64,000 nucleotides of DNA from Paraspadella gotoi. Lineage: Eukaryota > Animalia > Chaetognatha. The number at the start of each line of letters is the position of its first letter. The first letter of the stretch is position 1. Of this stretch, positions 35,450 to 50,300 are shown in pieces. The stretch is from assembly GCA_051294375.1 (NCBI GenBank), contig CM119268.1, forward strand, positions 11,614,200-11,678,199. Direction: 5' to 3'. The translations under genes were made by a program, and so were the position numbers. Below the pieces are notes generated by a model, which worked only from the letters and a program-made list of their open reading frames with translations, searched no databases and had not been told where the DNA came from.

Positions 35450-38400
35450 CTGGAAAACAACACAAATAGGGACTTTGCTAAAAATTCAGATACAGAGCCT
35501 CAACAGAGTTTCATTGTTTGTCGCAATGAGTTTGAAGGAGCACTGAGATAAGATGAGGAGAGAGAGAGAAAAGAAAGAGAAAAAGAACGAAAGAAAGAAA
35601 CAAACATAAACAAAGCTATTAAAAATACACAATAAACTCAATTATAATTTGTACAAAACGAAAGAAGAAAAAGTATTATGAAAAAAACGCTTTTCTTTCT
35701 CTCGTTTTTCCCAATGTTTTTTTGAGGATGTTTTTTGCTCATAGTTGGTGAAGTCTTTTTTTTTCTTTATGATTTCTTCATGATTGCTGCTTGTTTTTTC
35801 AGTTTTTTTTCGTTGGAATCTGGTTAATGTAAAATAAAGTAAATATTGAAAAAAGTTTTTGGCATGATGTTTTTTATTTAACAGTTAGAACGCTAGGTTT
35901 TTTTTTAACGATAGTTGATATGGCAACAGTTTAGTAACTCTTATTATTAACATTACTGATAAACATATAATAATACGAAATAAAATTAGCAAGCAGTTCT
36001 ATTCAAAAGAAAAGAAGCCGCGAAGAGAAGAGGAAGGAAAAAAAAACAACTTCGACTTGGAGATTTGGTGATTGCAGAATGATGTTTGGCTGGAACGAGA
36101 GAGGGGCGCTGAGGGGGTTATTTTGGGCGGGAATGCGAGGGCCGATAGTCTTGCAGATACTTTCAGAGATCGGCGGGCCGCGGGATCGGGGGGACGATTC
36201 GGCCGCGTGCCGCGTTATGAGGGGCCGTGCCTTCCGGGATTCGAAGAAGGAAGTGTGACAGTGAGTTGTATGTTATTTAAGAAAAAGTGGATTGTGTATA
36301 AAGTCGTTCAGGGGATTGCTGACGAAATGGAGATTAAAGAGAATTAAAGAAATGAAAAACACCACAAAATAAAAATTTGAATAGATTTATTAAACAGCCC
36401 TCAACCGTTTAAGCCCTTTTGCGGAGAGGTCGAGTGAGGGCGTGTTGAACAAGGCGGAAGCTGCTTGTTGCGGGCCGCCGCAGGTGATGTATAAGTCACT
36501 GCCCGCCGCGTCCAGGGCGTGTGTGTGGATTGGAGGGCACGATGAGACGGGCGAAAGTTGCGTGGGCAGAGGCAGGAGACATGTTTGTGAGTTACACCGC
36601 TCGTCTGCATATTATTTCGTCGGCGGAATCTCCCAAGAAATAAAATTCACCCGCTAGTTTTTTTTTATCCCATTGATATTTTTTATTGATTTTTATTTTT
36701 CGCTAATTTTTTTTTTTAGTCAAAGTTGTTTAGAGATTTATTGCATGGTTAACAAAAACCTTTTGGGTTTTGAATTTCGGGCATACCTACTTTTTTGAGC
36801 GATCTTTCTTTATCAGAAGCTTAACATTAAGCAGACGAAGGAGGAAAGGAGCGAGAGTGTGAGAGGAGATTAGCGAAAGAAATTGAATCCTGTTAGCTTG
36901 AGGTTCGAGCTCCGTAGAATAAAAAAAACGAGGTTTTCAACAGCTACATTTTTTTTCTTGGTTTATCTTTTCTTTTGATTTAGGATTTAAAAAAAGTTAT
37001 GCCATCACGAAAAAGATTTTTTAATATCGCCGATCTGGTTTTTTCTTCCGTCGTTACGCGTTGTCGCCGGCCATCCACCAAATTTTGCGTTACCTGGGTC
37101 AGATTAAGTGTTTCAAAACATCTTCAATTTCTTAACGATTTGACCGCTATAAATGCTATTCAACATATTACGATGCTTTCTTAAAGTTGTAATTAAAATC
37201 AACACCGATTTGTGAGTGTCATTCCAAACTTTTTGTTTTGCGCGTTTTAGGTTTTTTTTACTTAATTTATGGGGAATTATATATACTTATTATATATGCG
37301 TGTTTTTGCATTTAGATCTCTTTTAACATTTGTTTCGTTAGGTATCGAATTAATTAAGCAACCCTCTGCCTATCGCTTTTAATCGCATTTTTTTCTAGTA
37401 CTTGTCATACGTTTATCTACTTGGTTATACCAAAATCAAAACACGATCTCGGAGATTACTTTTCCACCTGATAACCTTCCCATAATTGGAAATTGAAATT
37501 GGGTAAACAATTTATTATTATTATATATGTTTATTTCGTCAGACAGGTTAACCTTGGTTGTTTACTTAAATTTTGACAACGCTGATTCTTCAAACTCACC
37601 TCCGGGGAGAATCAACGAGACAAAGGCTGAGGGTCTTTCCGTATGGAGGGTCCGTTCAAATACGGATTAGAATACGGATTTCGAGTCTTCCTGACAGTTA
37701 TTAGATAGCGGGCGGTTGAGTCTTACAGGAAATCCTCATGCACCTAATACTAAGGCTTTGAGGTCTGAAGCGGACGAATACTTTCGTATTGTCTATGAAT
37801 GTCGATTCGCATTATTTTGGTTCTCTTTTTTTCAGTGGACGAAAGTAAATTTGGATTGCCGCGTAAATAGTCACGTTATTTTGGCCAAAAAATACGATCG
37901 GCGGTTTCAATGCTGATTAAATGTGAAGGACGAGTCATGTTCGCCCTCCGCAGTTTTTCCGATGACATCAAAAGTCGTTTTTTGTTTGGATCAAGTTTGA
38001 ATGATCAATCAGATTTCATTGTGTTCAAAGCAAAACTGAGGAAAATTAGAGAATTAGTACGACGGTGTCTCTTTTCAACAAGCGTCTGGATCTACTAGTT
38101 TTATGTTGTTAAACGATACGATATATTATTTTAATTCACGCTATTTTGAAAGATGGTACATATTCCGAATTTCAGCAAGTTTAATTTTTAGCCATCAACT
38201 CGAACGCGACGAGAAAAAAAAAAAGGTTATTTTTTCGCCGATAATTTTCTTGTTTTAGATCCGAATTTTTAAAACTTTGGGTTAAACAACGAAAAGCAGA
38301 ATGAAGAAAATCTTTTTTTTTTCTTCTTTTTTAGTTTTTTCAATAAAGATGTTACTAAACATTCTAAAGACTCGGGGTTTGCCTGGGGCCTAAAAACAAC

Positions 38401-39462
38401 GAGAAGGCCTTGTGTAAAAATCGAGAGAGAGCGAGGCCTGGCGCCCCCTCCTCGCGACAATTACCACCCTAGCGACGGTGTCTTGCATGAGAGAGAGGAG
38501 AGAGAGAGAGATGAGAGAGATAGAGACGAGAGACGAAGGGAGACAGCGGAAGAGAGAGAGAAGGAGGGAAGAGAGAGAGACTAAAAAAGATTCCTCGCAC
38601 GTCCTGGACACAAATTAGGATCTTTTTTTCCCCCGCGCACTCATTCCTGGTCATCAATCTCCACTCCAAAGATGAACTGGCCGCCGTCATGTGCTCGCTC
38701 TCGCCCAACACTCCCTCCCCCCAGCGCCACGAACTTCACACGTTATATCCATCATCCCAACTCCTCTCTCATCTCCGTTGTTCTTCTTTCTTCGGATTCT
38801 TGAACCCGTCCGATCTCGATCCCCCGATCCCCTTCTCCTCCCCCCCGCGTCTCACGCTGAGCCTAATTACGACCACTGACCGGATTCGCGAGTTCAAGCT
38901 GATTCGCCGCCGAATCTTGTAGAGGGGTGGGGAGAGGCGAAAGGAGAGAATCAACACGGGGGCCGGGGACCGATTCGGATATCTTTCCCCAAGGGGAGAT
39001 TCCCTTTCATTAGGTGTAAGGCGGCTATGTCTCTTCTCCTTCTCCACTCTCTCCTCAATCTCTCTTATCTCATCTCTCCATCCTTTCTCTCCGGCTGCGG
39101 TTTTCTGTGTGCCGGCTCTCGCTTCCTGTTCTCTGTTCGTCTCCTCCCTCTGCTCTCGTCTCCATATTGGTCTCGCATTGGTCCATCCGTGGAAGCGCAT
39201 ATGAATTTAAAATNNNNNNNNNNNNNNNNNNNNNNNNNAGACTACACCAATGGCCAAAAAAGATTGTGTCGAATGTCGAAAGAATCGACTTTTTAATACA
39301 CCGGCTGAAATTGGCTAATTTTCAAGGACATAATTTAGATCTGCATGAAATACGGACTCATTTTCAATTCATCCTTTAAATAAAAACAAATCTTTCATCA
39401 CCTCATTCTTTTAACTCTCCTTTTCTGTTTTCTACTTCTCTCCCCCTCTCATTTAATCTTTT

Positions 39463-39525
<63 letters not shown>

Positions 39526-42300
39526 CTGAACTTGAAAAACAACAAAAAGGGACTTTGCTAAAAAAATCGTACAGAGCTCAACAGCAGTTTCCATTGTATG
39601 TCGCAAATGAAGTTGAAGGAGCAACTGGATAAGAGGAAGAGAGNNNNNNNNNNAGAGAGAGAGAAATAAAAACAAAGCTCATTCATCCAACTCTCTTTTT
39701 TGTCAAACGAAAGAGAAAAAGTGACGCTTTCTTTCTCTCTTTTCCCAATGTTTTTCTGAATGTTTTTCTCAGTTGGCGATCTTTTTCTTTCTTTATGCAT
39801 GTTCCTTTCACTGTTGCTTTGTTCTCTTCAGTTTTTTTCGTTGAGCAACGAGGTTAATGTAAAAATAAGTAAAATATTGAAAAAAGTTTTTGCATGATGT
39901 TTTTATTTAAACATTAAACCTATTTTTTTTAAACGAAATAGTTGGATCATGCAAAGTTTATAACTCTTATTAATTAACATTACTTAATAAACAATATAAT
40001 AATAACGAAATAAAATTTACCCAAAGCATCTAATTCAAAAAGAAAGAAGCCGAAGAAGAAGAAGGAAAAAAAAAACAAACTCGACTTGGAGAAATTTGTA
40101 ATGATTGCAATGTGTTTGCCTGGAACGAGAGAGAGGCCGCCTAGGAGGAGGGGATTATTTGGGCGGAAGAGGAGGCCGTGTTTGCGATACTCAAAATCGC
40201 CCGCGGGATCGGGGGAGCGATCGGCCGCGTGCCCGCGTTATGAGGGGCCGTGCCGTTCGGGTCGAAGAAGGAGTGACATGAGCATTATGTTATAAGAAAA
40301 AGTGATTGTGATATAAAGTGTTCAGGGGATGCTACGAATGAGATTAAAGAGAATTAAAAGAAATGAAAAACACCCAGAAAAATAATAATTTGAATAGATT
40401 TTAAACAAGCCCTCAACGTAAAGCCTTTTGCGGATCACTGAGCCGTGAAACAAGGGGCGGAAGCTGCTTTTCCGCCCCGCGGGGATAAAGTCACTCCCGC
40501 CCTCCAGGGGTTTTGATTCGCACCCCACCGGGAGGACCGAAGATTCTCAGAGGCAGAGACAATTTTTGTGAAGTTCACACCGCGCGAAATTCGTCGGCGT
40601 GAATCTCCCAAGAAAATAAAATCACCCGTTTTTTTTTATCCCATTGATTTAATTGATTTTATTTTCGCTAATTTTTTTTTTTAGTCAAAATTGTTTATAG
40701 ATTTAATATTCATTGGCTAACAAACTCTTCGTTTTAATTTCGTGGCATACTTTTTGAGCGACTCTTCTTTTATCAGAAGCTTAACAATTAAGACCAGACG
40801 AAGGAAAGAGCGAGAGAGAGAGAGATAGCGAAAGAAATAGAATCCTTAGCTTGGGTCGAGCTCGTAGAATAAAAAAAACGAGGTTTCAAAAAGCATAACA
40901 ATTTTTTTCCCCTTGGTTTATTTCCTTTTTCTTTTGATTAGATTAAAAGTTTATCCCATCAACAGAAGAGATGTTATATCGCCGATCTCGTTTCTCGTCG
41001 TCGTCGTTGTCGCCAATCCACAAAATTCCTGGGTACCGGGTCAGATATTAAGTTTCAAACATCTTCAATCTTTAACGATTTGACCCGCTATCAAATGCTA
41101 TGTCAACATACGATGACCTTTCTTAAGTTGTATTAACATTCAACACGATTTGTGAGTCATTCCAAACTTGTTTGCGCGGTTTAGCGTTTTTACTAATTAT
41201 GTGGGATTATATATACTTATATATATATGCGTGTTTGCATTTCAGATCTTTTAACATTTTTCAGTTTTACGAGTATCAATTAATTAAGCAACTCATCGCT
41301 TTTAATCGACATTTTTTTCTAGTACCATTGTCATACGTTTCTCTACTTGGTTATCACCAAATCAAAACAATCTCTGGAATTACTTCCCACCTGATAAACC
41401 TTCCATAATTGAATGAAATTGGTACAACCAATATATATTTTATATATGTTATTTTCGTCAGACAGGTTAACCTTATTTGACAACCTGATTTTCAACTCAC
41501 CTCCGGAGAATCAACGAGACCAAAGGCTGAAGGCATCTTGTCCGTATTGGGGTCCTTCAAATACGGATAGAATACGGATTCTGAGTCCTGACAGTATAGA
41601 ATGCGGCGGTTGAGTCTTCGGAAATCCTCTTGCACTAATACTAAGGCTTGAGGTCGAGAGCGGACGAATAATTCGTATTGTCTATTGAATGATCGATTCG
41701 CGTTATTATTCTCTTTTTTCAAGGGACGAAAAGTAATTTTGGATTGCCGTAAATAGTCACGTATTTTGCCAAAAAAAAATACGATGGGTCAATGCTGATT
41801 AAATGTGAAAAGACGAGTCATTTCGTCCGCTTTTCCGATGACATCAAAGTCGTTTTGTTTGGATCAAGTTGAATGTCAATCAGATTCACTGATGTTCAAA
41901 GCAAAACTGAGGAAAATTAGAGAATTAGTACGACGTGTCTCTTTTCAACAAGCGTCTGGATCTACTAGTTTTATGTTTTTAAACGATACGATTATATTAT
42001 TTTAATTCACGCTATTTGAAACGATGAGTACATATTCACGAATTATCAGCAAGTTTAAATTTTTAGCATCAAACTCGAAACGCGAGAGAAAAAAAAAAGG
42101 TTATTTTTTCGCCGATAATTTCTTGTTTTGATCCTCGAATAAAAACTTGTTAAAAAACGAAAAGCAGAAGAAGAAAATCTTTTTTTTTTCTTCTTTTTAG
42201 TTTTTCAAAAAGATGTTGACTACAACCATTCAAAGACTCGGGGTTTGCCCTGGGGCCTAAAAACAAAGAGAAGGTGATGTACAAAAAAATCCGAGAGAGA
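35450..42300 (+). repeat. ~2.8-3.0-kb direct duplication (~35450-38430 vs ~39530-42300)
   Basis: Colinear copies differing mainly by small indels, separated by a 25-N gap at 39214-39238. Confidence 0.9.
38465..38488 (-). CDS. TFAP2: Candidate AP-2 alternative first coding exon (MQDTVARV)
   Basis: ATG CAA GAC ACC GTC GCT AGG GTG|gtaatt, phase 0; preceded by a GC-rich leader and two CCAAT boxes near 39166-39181. Confidence 0.4.
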
Positions 42301-42308
42301 GAGAGAGG

Positions 42309-42400
<92 letters not shown>

Positions 42401-42677
42401 CAGAGAGAGAGACAGAAAACAAAAAAAAAACTTATTTAAAGACGGAAAAAAAATCTTGTCGTTGGTGGATTCGAACCCGTGTCTGGAGGGCAGAAATCTA
42501 CGGCTCAGAAGATGAAATTTGAAGAGGATGACGACGACGGCGACGACAAGGGAAACGATGAAGAAGAAAAATATGACTGAGAGAGAGAGAGAGTACAGAG
42601 AGAGAGTGCGACGAAGGAGAGCGAAGCGACAGTCACGACAGCGGCGGCGATTCCATGTACGAAATTCCGAATTGGAA

Positions 42678-44015
42678 AAAGCGAAGTCGCACGAAAGCAA
42701 GTCGCGGTTTTTCTTAGAAGGGGGGAAGGCAGCGTGCGAGAGTGGAAGGGGGTTGAGAAAGGAACTACCCCAGAAAAGGTACGCCGCGGTAAGATAGAGA
42801 GAGAGAGAGAGAGCCAGCGAGAGATCGAGAGTGAGAGAGAGAGCGAGATGCCCGGGGCCAGAATCGGCGGGGACCCCGGAGCGATAGATCATCGGGCATC
42901 GCAAGTTGTGTGTGGGGAGGGTTGCCAGCGGCGGTGTGGGAGGAGGACGAGGAGGAGGAGTTTGAGGAGGAGGAGGAAAAGGAGGAGCTCCTCTTCCCCT
43001 CGGGCCGACAGAGGAGCGAGAGAGAGTCGGGGCAGAAGCGCGCTCGCCCTCGGCCTCGCCTGCGGGGCGGAATCGAGGAGGAGGAGACGGACAAGGTTAT
43101 TCTAAGTAAAGGAGGAAGAGGGAAGAGGAAAAGGTGAAAGGCGCGCGACGGGAAGTGCTGATTGGTCCAGATGAGCAAAATGAAGAAAATGGAGTCGTAG
43201 AGGATTTTTGATTGGCCAGAATGGAAGGAAAAGCGAGTGGCCGATTGGACTTAGATGGAAGTCAAGAAAAAGTAAAGCTTTATCTAGTGTCAAGTAAAGG
43301 ATGGAACGGATTCGCAAGGAATTATCTCTCTCTCTCTCTCTCTCTCTCTCTAAGAGAGAGATAGCGAAGTCGCACGGAAAAGCAAAGTCGCGGTTTTTTC
43401 TTAGAAGGGGGGAAGGAGCGTGGAGAGTGGAAGGGGGTTGAGAAAGGAACTACCCCAGAAAAGGTCGCCGCGGTAAGATAGAGAGAGAGAGAGGAGAGGC
43501 CAGCGAGAATCGAGAGTGAGAGAGAGAGCGAGATGCCCGGGGCCAGAATCGGCGGGACACCCGGAGCGATAGATCATCGGGCACGCAAGTTGTTGTGGGG
43601 AGGGTTGCCAGCGGCGGTGTGGGCAGGAGGACGGAGGAGGAGGAGTTTGAGGAGGAGGAGGAAAAGGAGGAGCTCCTCTTCCCCTCGGGCCGACAGAGGA
43701 GGCGAGAGAGAGTCGGGCAGAAGCGCGGCTCGCCCTCGCTCCGCCTGCGGGGCGGAATCGAGGAGGAGGAGACGGACACAAGGTTATTCTAAGGTAAAGG
43801 AGGAAGAGAGGAAGAGGAAAAGGTGAAAGGCGACGCGACGGGAAGTGCTGATTGGTCCAGAAGAGCAAAATGAAAGAAAATGGAGTCGTAGAAGGATTTT
43901 TGATTGGCCAGAATGGGAAGGAAAAGCGAGTGGCGATTGGACTTAGATGGAAGTCAAGAAAAAGTAAAGCTTTATCTAGTGTCAAGTAAAGGATGGAACG
44001 ATATTCGCAAAGGAA

Positions 44016-44040
<25 letters not shown>
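42678..44040 (+). repeat. ~670-bp tandem duplication (42678-43350 vs 43362-44040), GC-rich with three reverse CCAAT boxes per copy
   Basis: Near-identical copies differing by single-base indels, each ending in a CT tract; 25-N gap at 44229-44253. Confidence 0.9.
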
Positions 44041-44069
<29 letters not shown>

Positions 44070-44253
44070 TCTCTCGTCTCTCTCTCGTCTCCCTCTGGTA
44101 GGAGCAGCTGAAATCTGGATTTGGATTGTTTCATGGGGAAAAGTTGCACAAGGCATATGCACATTCTTCTATGTCGCAAACGCGCAAATGGATCTCAGCG
44201 TCTTATCCCTTATCACCCGACGTGGTTCNNNNNNNNNNNNNNNNNNNNNNNNN

Positions 44254-44289
<36 letters not shown>

Positions 44290-45408
44290 AGAGAGATTAA
44301 AGAAACGTTAATGCGGGGGTAAGAAAGTGGTCCAAAAGTGGACCTCGATTGAGAATTTGGCCTTCGTCGAAAAAGATTTTGTGGACGAAAGAAAAATGTT
44401 CTCAACGAAAATGCGTGAGGAGTGAGAGAGAGGGAGAGAGATAATAGAGAGTGAGAGAACGAAAACGGCTTTAATTTTCTTTAATAATAAATCTTTAAAA
44501 AACAGTCATTTAATTTCGAATGCTTAACAAATTTTTAGTATTCTAAATATTTTATTTCTACTAACTTCTCTCAATTTTTTTATTTCGCAATGTAGCCCAT
44601 CCTTTTTTTTTAGAAACCAAGAGTAACCTAATTTTCTTAAATCATTTTTCTTGACATCATTTGTCAATACTTTCTTGTCTTTTTTAAAATACTGTCAGTC
44701 GATCCCAATCATTCATATTTTTCACAATTATCTCTATTAGTAAGTATTCTTTCGCTAAAATTCATAGTATTTTCTCTTAAAGGTTACTTTTTAAAATGAA
44801 TATAGTATTAATTCTCCGAAAGCTCTCGGGATTTTAATTTTTAAGTATTCCGTTTGGTAAAGAAAATTTCTATTAAAAATGTTATTTTTGCTCAGTTTTT
44901 TAGTTTCTTGTATTTGAAAGTGAGGCAATACCAATTTTAGAATGAGCTACACTTTTTGTTTGAATTCTTCTTGAATATTTCGACGAAGAGCATTAGCAGT
45001 TATCTCATACTGCTTTTAATTTATCATATTTACGGAATATCTATCATTACTCGTCAAAATAACTAATACAAATCCTACGATGTTGAACAAAAAAGTTCCT
45101 TCGGTTCTTGTAAAGGAAAGTCATTAGAAATAGCTTGGGGTCATTAGAAATAGTTAACCCCGAGGCCGAGATACAACTTAATTTAATTAAAGTTTAATTG
45201 GCGAAGGGGGATTATTTATTAGAAGCTCAGGCAAAAGAGGGAGGACTCGGGGAATATGGACGATGAGACATCACATCGCGTTATCGAATATATGTGAGGC
45301 TAAAAATGAAAGGTTAATAATGGGACATCAGAAAGTTTACAATTACAAAGGGAGAGAGAGAGAGAGGATGAGAGAGGAGAGAGAGAGAGAGGAGAGAGAG
45401 GAGAGAAG

Positions 45409-45443
<35 letters not shown>

Positions 45444-46730
45444 GAGAGAGAGACAGACAGACAGGAAGAGTAGCGCCAGAGAGATAAAAATTTTTAGGAT
45501 AGAATTCTTTTCCAAAAAAAAAAAAAATAATGATCCAGTTTTTTTAAATAAAAGATAAAGAAGGACAAATAAGATAAATAAAAAGAATAATGTATCCAAG
45601 GAGAGACGCAACGGACTGAAAAAAAAAAAGACTTGGAAAGAGGACAAGAAAATCGATTTCATTCCCTTCGCTTATTGAATAAGTTATTCCCTATTTTTTA
45701 TAAAACAAATTCCACTAAAGAAACTTAGGATTCTTTGTTGATTTGGACGACATCGTTGGAGACGACGAAGACGACGATAACGACGACGATAACGACGACC
45801 AATATGATCGACTGTTCGAGGATAATGACGATGACAATAAACTCGGGCCAGACGATTGCGACCATCTCGATGGACAGAATTGTAGGTTGGACTCTGGACA
45901 GAGAGATCGATCGGAGGAATGAACGAAGATCACGCAGCGTTATGACAGTCGTCGTCGTCGTCGTCTTTATTGCTATTGTTAAAACCGTTTTTACGAATAT
46001 ACTTTCTTCACAGGACTTTGTCATTATCTTGGCATTAAAATCTAACAATTACGATGATTTTATAATAAGTTCGTAGGATTAAAAGCGAAAGACAAATTAA
46101 TAAGGAAAAGAAAAAGACGATCATGAGGAAGCCGCCGACGACCACAGTGAAACGACTGAGACGACGACAACGACAACGACAACGACGACAACAACAACGA
46201 CAACGACAACGACGAGGACGATGACCACCGCATCGAAGAGAAAAAAAAACTATTTATCTTGAATGAACCCGGCGAAAATAAGAAAAAAAATTTCAAGATG
46301 GCGATCGCGATAAGGAGAAAGAATGAAAAGGAATAAATAAAGAACAACAATGAAAACAAAGGCATCGAATGTCGCGTTATAAGGGTGGGAAAAAAGGAAA
46401 GAAAAAAATAATAATACAAAAGTCTCCCTTAAAAAAAATTTAAAAGAGAGACTAAAGAAAACAGACAAAATAATTTAATGATTCGAATTCTCGACGCATC
46501 GTCTCTCCCACAAAATATTTTAAAAACCATGTACGATTTGATATCACAAAAACTCCTGCTACTACTACTAATATTTTAAAAATATAATCGCCCTAAAATC
46601 GTAACATTAACTAATATTATCAAAAGAAAACGACAATAAAAAAAACAACACAAGAACAAAAAAAAAGGAAAGGACGAAAAAAAAAACAAAACAAACAAAC
46701 AAAGAAAACAACATTGTCAAGTCAACTCAC

Positions 46731-47318
46731 TCCTTCGTTTTCTTTGGTCCTCATCCTTTCGACGCTAGGATTCGCGCCGGCGACGCCGCTTTTACCGTCA
46801 CCGACGCCGCCCGGCGAGTCGGCGACGAAATCGCCGCCTGAAACGACGCCCAAAAGTGAGGCGCCTTCTATCATCGAACCGGCGTCGTTTTGGCGGCGCC
46901 CTTGCGAGGACGCGGCGTCCCCGACGTTTCTGACAGCGTTGTTAGACGCGGCGTCACATGTTTTGTCGCCACCGAAATGTCGATTAAACGTTGACGTCGA
47001 CGGCGTCAAAGATGGAGAGATATGAAGAAAAGGCGAGCGAGGAATCTGGCGACGATGTTGATGATGATGACGATGATGATGATGATTGTGACGGCGATCT
47101 CCGACCACCGGAGCGTCACCGCGAGTGTCGTCCGCCGTCACCCCCAGGGTCCTTTCCTCTTCCTCATCCCCCTCAGCGAAGACCCGGTGGTGGGCGGATA
47201 CGAGTGGGATCGGGTGGCGAGGAAGAGGAGGAGGAAGAATCGGATGTAACGCAGTAGTGAGGAAACGAGTCGAGTTCCCGGATGTCATTGGAATCGATGT
47301 GGATTGCTCTGAGCGCAT
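46731..47318 (-). CDS. TFAP2: Candidate long AP-2 alternative first coding exon (196 aa, Pro/His/Gly-rich)
   Basis: GC-rich 588-nt ATG-initiated ORF in an AT-rich intron, ending GAA GGA|gtgagt in phase 0 with a stop two codons into the intron. Confidence 0.65.
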
Positions 47319-50300
47319 CCTCGGTGCTTGTAACGCGTTAATTTTTAGTAAATATTATTGATAAAACATTTATTTTCAAATTTTCGCGGTATTTTCGTTG
47401 AGTTTTAAGGCGATGTCGCCATTCGACTTTTATTCGATCGGGAAAGTCAAATCGTTCCGAAAAAACGGGTTGTACTGTAACCTGTTCCGTTTTCCAGTTA
47501 TGATTATTATTCCGAAATCGTTATTACTGTTACTACTGTCGCGAAAAAAAATTTTAATGGATTATATCTGAAAGATTTTGTGACCTCGCGTCCGGTCATT
47601 TAGCTAACCTTTTCAGATCAGTCTTTTCACCGTTCTAGTCGCTTTCTTGTAACTTTCTTTTAGCTGAAATACTAATATTTAGCTAACTCTAGGGCGAGAT
47701 TTCTCGTCCCTGAGTGTAATTGAGTAATGGGTGTCTTCTCTTCAACCAGATTTTCCGAAGATCGAGTCTCTCTCATCCCCGGACCACAAAATTTCGACTC
47801 GAAGTCACAAAAGTGGCCAGACCCGTTTCCCTTTTTTTTCCTTTTAATTTCTCGGTCCGAATAAATTTGTTCGCCCGACGCTCGAATACGCACACTTGAT
47901 TAATCCACACAGTGATAATTTTGTGGTTTTTTTTTATTTTTTTTTTCTTCAAAAAAGGGGAATTCTTACTTTGATTATTACGGGTCGATGGTGTGGAAAG
48001 GAAATTGGGAGATTTGTCGACTGGGATCGTTCAAAAAGAGAAAAACACAGATTAAAGAAAGAAAGAAAAAAAAGAGAAAGAAAGAAAGAAAGAAAGAAAT
48101 TGATGAATTGAATAAAAAAACAAAAAAAAAAACAAAAAAAAACAAGTTACATAAACAAGAACGGTGATTTCAATGTGTTGCGCTGTAGTGATTTTATTTT
48201 CAAGAGTATTTCTATTTGATCACATGAAATGATATGACATGACATCATTTAGATTTGAGGTTTTTCTGTCTTAACAAATGAGCAACCAACTGTAGGCGAA
48301 TTACAAGCATTTTTAGCATAAGTGGGACAGACAGACGGTCAGACATACAGACCAACAGACAGACAGACAGACAGACCGAAAAGTGACTTATAGAGTTGCT
48401 CCCCGAGTACTAAAAAAAATAAGAAAAGAAAGAATAAAAAAGAAGATATTTCGGCTCGCGTGGACGAAGACAAAGACCAAGGAAGAGACTTTCTCCAAAC
48501 TGGTTTGCGACTCTTTCCTTTTTTGTTGTCTGATCAGAGCCGAAGTTTTAAGTCAGAAAAAGGGAAAAGATAGAAAGAGAAAAACGGAAAAGAGGAGAGA
48601 AACCTTTTGACGTTTCGTCATTGTCAAAAGGAGAAAGATGACGTTCAAGAATGACAGAACGACATTGTGACATTGAGGCCGCGTGACAGAGTGGCAGCGT
48701 AACAGAGTGGCATAGCGAACATTAACGTTGGAATTACTGGAGATTTGATCCAAGTTCTTCGATTATGTCAAAGCGACCAATGAACACAAACTCCAGACTT
48801 CTCGTAAATCAGAGATAAACCGGCCCAAAAATGACCCTAAAAAAAACTGATCAATAACGGATCAAAAATACGACGAAATCGAAATCATAAACGTCGACGA
48901 AAAATGCGAGGAATAGATAGATCTTGATTTTTCTCTGAAGTCAGAATGCGACCGACTCGATATGTAATTGGAGATAACAGACCCAGGGAGATGAACTGTA
49001 TATATGAAGGGTAAATGACGATTGTTGCAAGTTTTTATCGTTTAGATTTATCGTACTGATATTCCCGAAAATGTGTTTGACAGGAAAAGTGTTTTCAATT
49101 CAAGCGACAATTTCAAAATGAAAGTAGAAATAATAAAAACCCTGTCTACTACGATTTCCGTGAGGCCCTTTCCTATGAGTTGAACACGAATCGGCTTTTG
49201 GATTGAATCCGATTCCCGGGTCTCAATTCGTCTCTCACTTGACAAGTGACAAGGATAACGACCGGCGCGATTATTATCAGAATCTTTCCCGTCAATTGCG
49301 TTGCATCGATCACTTTTGGTGACAGATTTATGACAGCTATTGCGAGCGTTTCATTGACGTAAGATAATTTCTGACTATAAATGACGTATTGTATTTTGCA
49401 CCGATTGATTGGTCAAATGAGTTATCTGTTATGCGTTGAACGTTAGCTAAGTTTTACGGTGCGCACTTTGCGGTAAAGACCGACACATATAAGTATATAC
49501 TATCTCTTCCGAAGTCCATTGTATAGTAAGAGGGACAAACGCCGCAGAGGTCAAATCTTAATCTTCGACGTTGACCAATCACAGTTGCTGCATTCTAGCC
49601 AATCCGCTGTAAAAGAATTTGAATTACGAAAAACGAGCAGAGCGAAAATAATTATGAAAGACAGACTGACCGGGATTATTTGATAGAGTAGGACTAATTA
49701 ATTTTTCGAAGTCAGGCTTTATTTGAGCATCTCACAAATTAGTAGATGCCATTTAAAGTATGTTTTACTATGCAGCAGTGTTAAGAGGTTATATTTTCTC
49801 CTTCCAGTCGCCTTCAAAACTTGTTCTGACCGCAACATTCTGAATAATTAGCAGCAGAACAAGAAAAACACTACAGAGCATTAAGAAGGGAAAAAAAGAA
49901 GAAAAAAAGAGAAAAAAGAAAAGAAAAGAAAGAAAGATGAACGATAAAAGGATGCGTCTGAGATGAGACAAAGGATTAAAAACCCCAATGCACGCGAAAA
50001 CCTCTCGAAGATGATGGAAGAGATAATTGCGAAGAGCGAAGGACGAAATGAAAATATCTGGAACGACCACAACGACAACAACGACAACGACTACTATAAC
50101 AACGATCAAAGACAACGACAACGAAGGTACAACGAAGAGAGAGAAAAAAAGGAAAAAAAAACATAAACGTCTTCGATTCGAACGTTCAAAACCGATTAAC
50201 TGTCAAAAGTGTTTAATCTTCATCTTCCCCTTTTTTTTTTCTTTTTTCTAAAGGAAAAAGAAAAATCGCAAATGTCTTCACTCTTTCTTCCTCCGTTAAA

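Noticed and set aside
46714-47025. Plus-strand 103-aa ORF resembling a signal-peptide protein
   Set aside because: Non-ATG start; antisense shadow of the GC-rich minus-strand exon, which has ATG and a donor.
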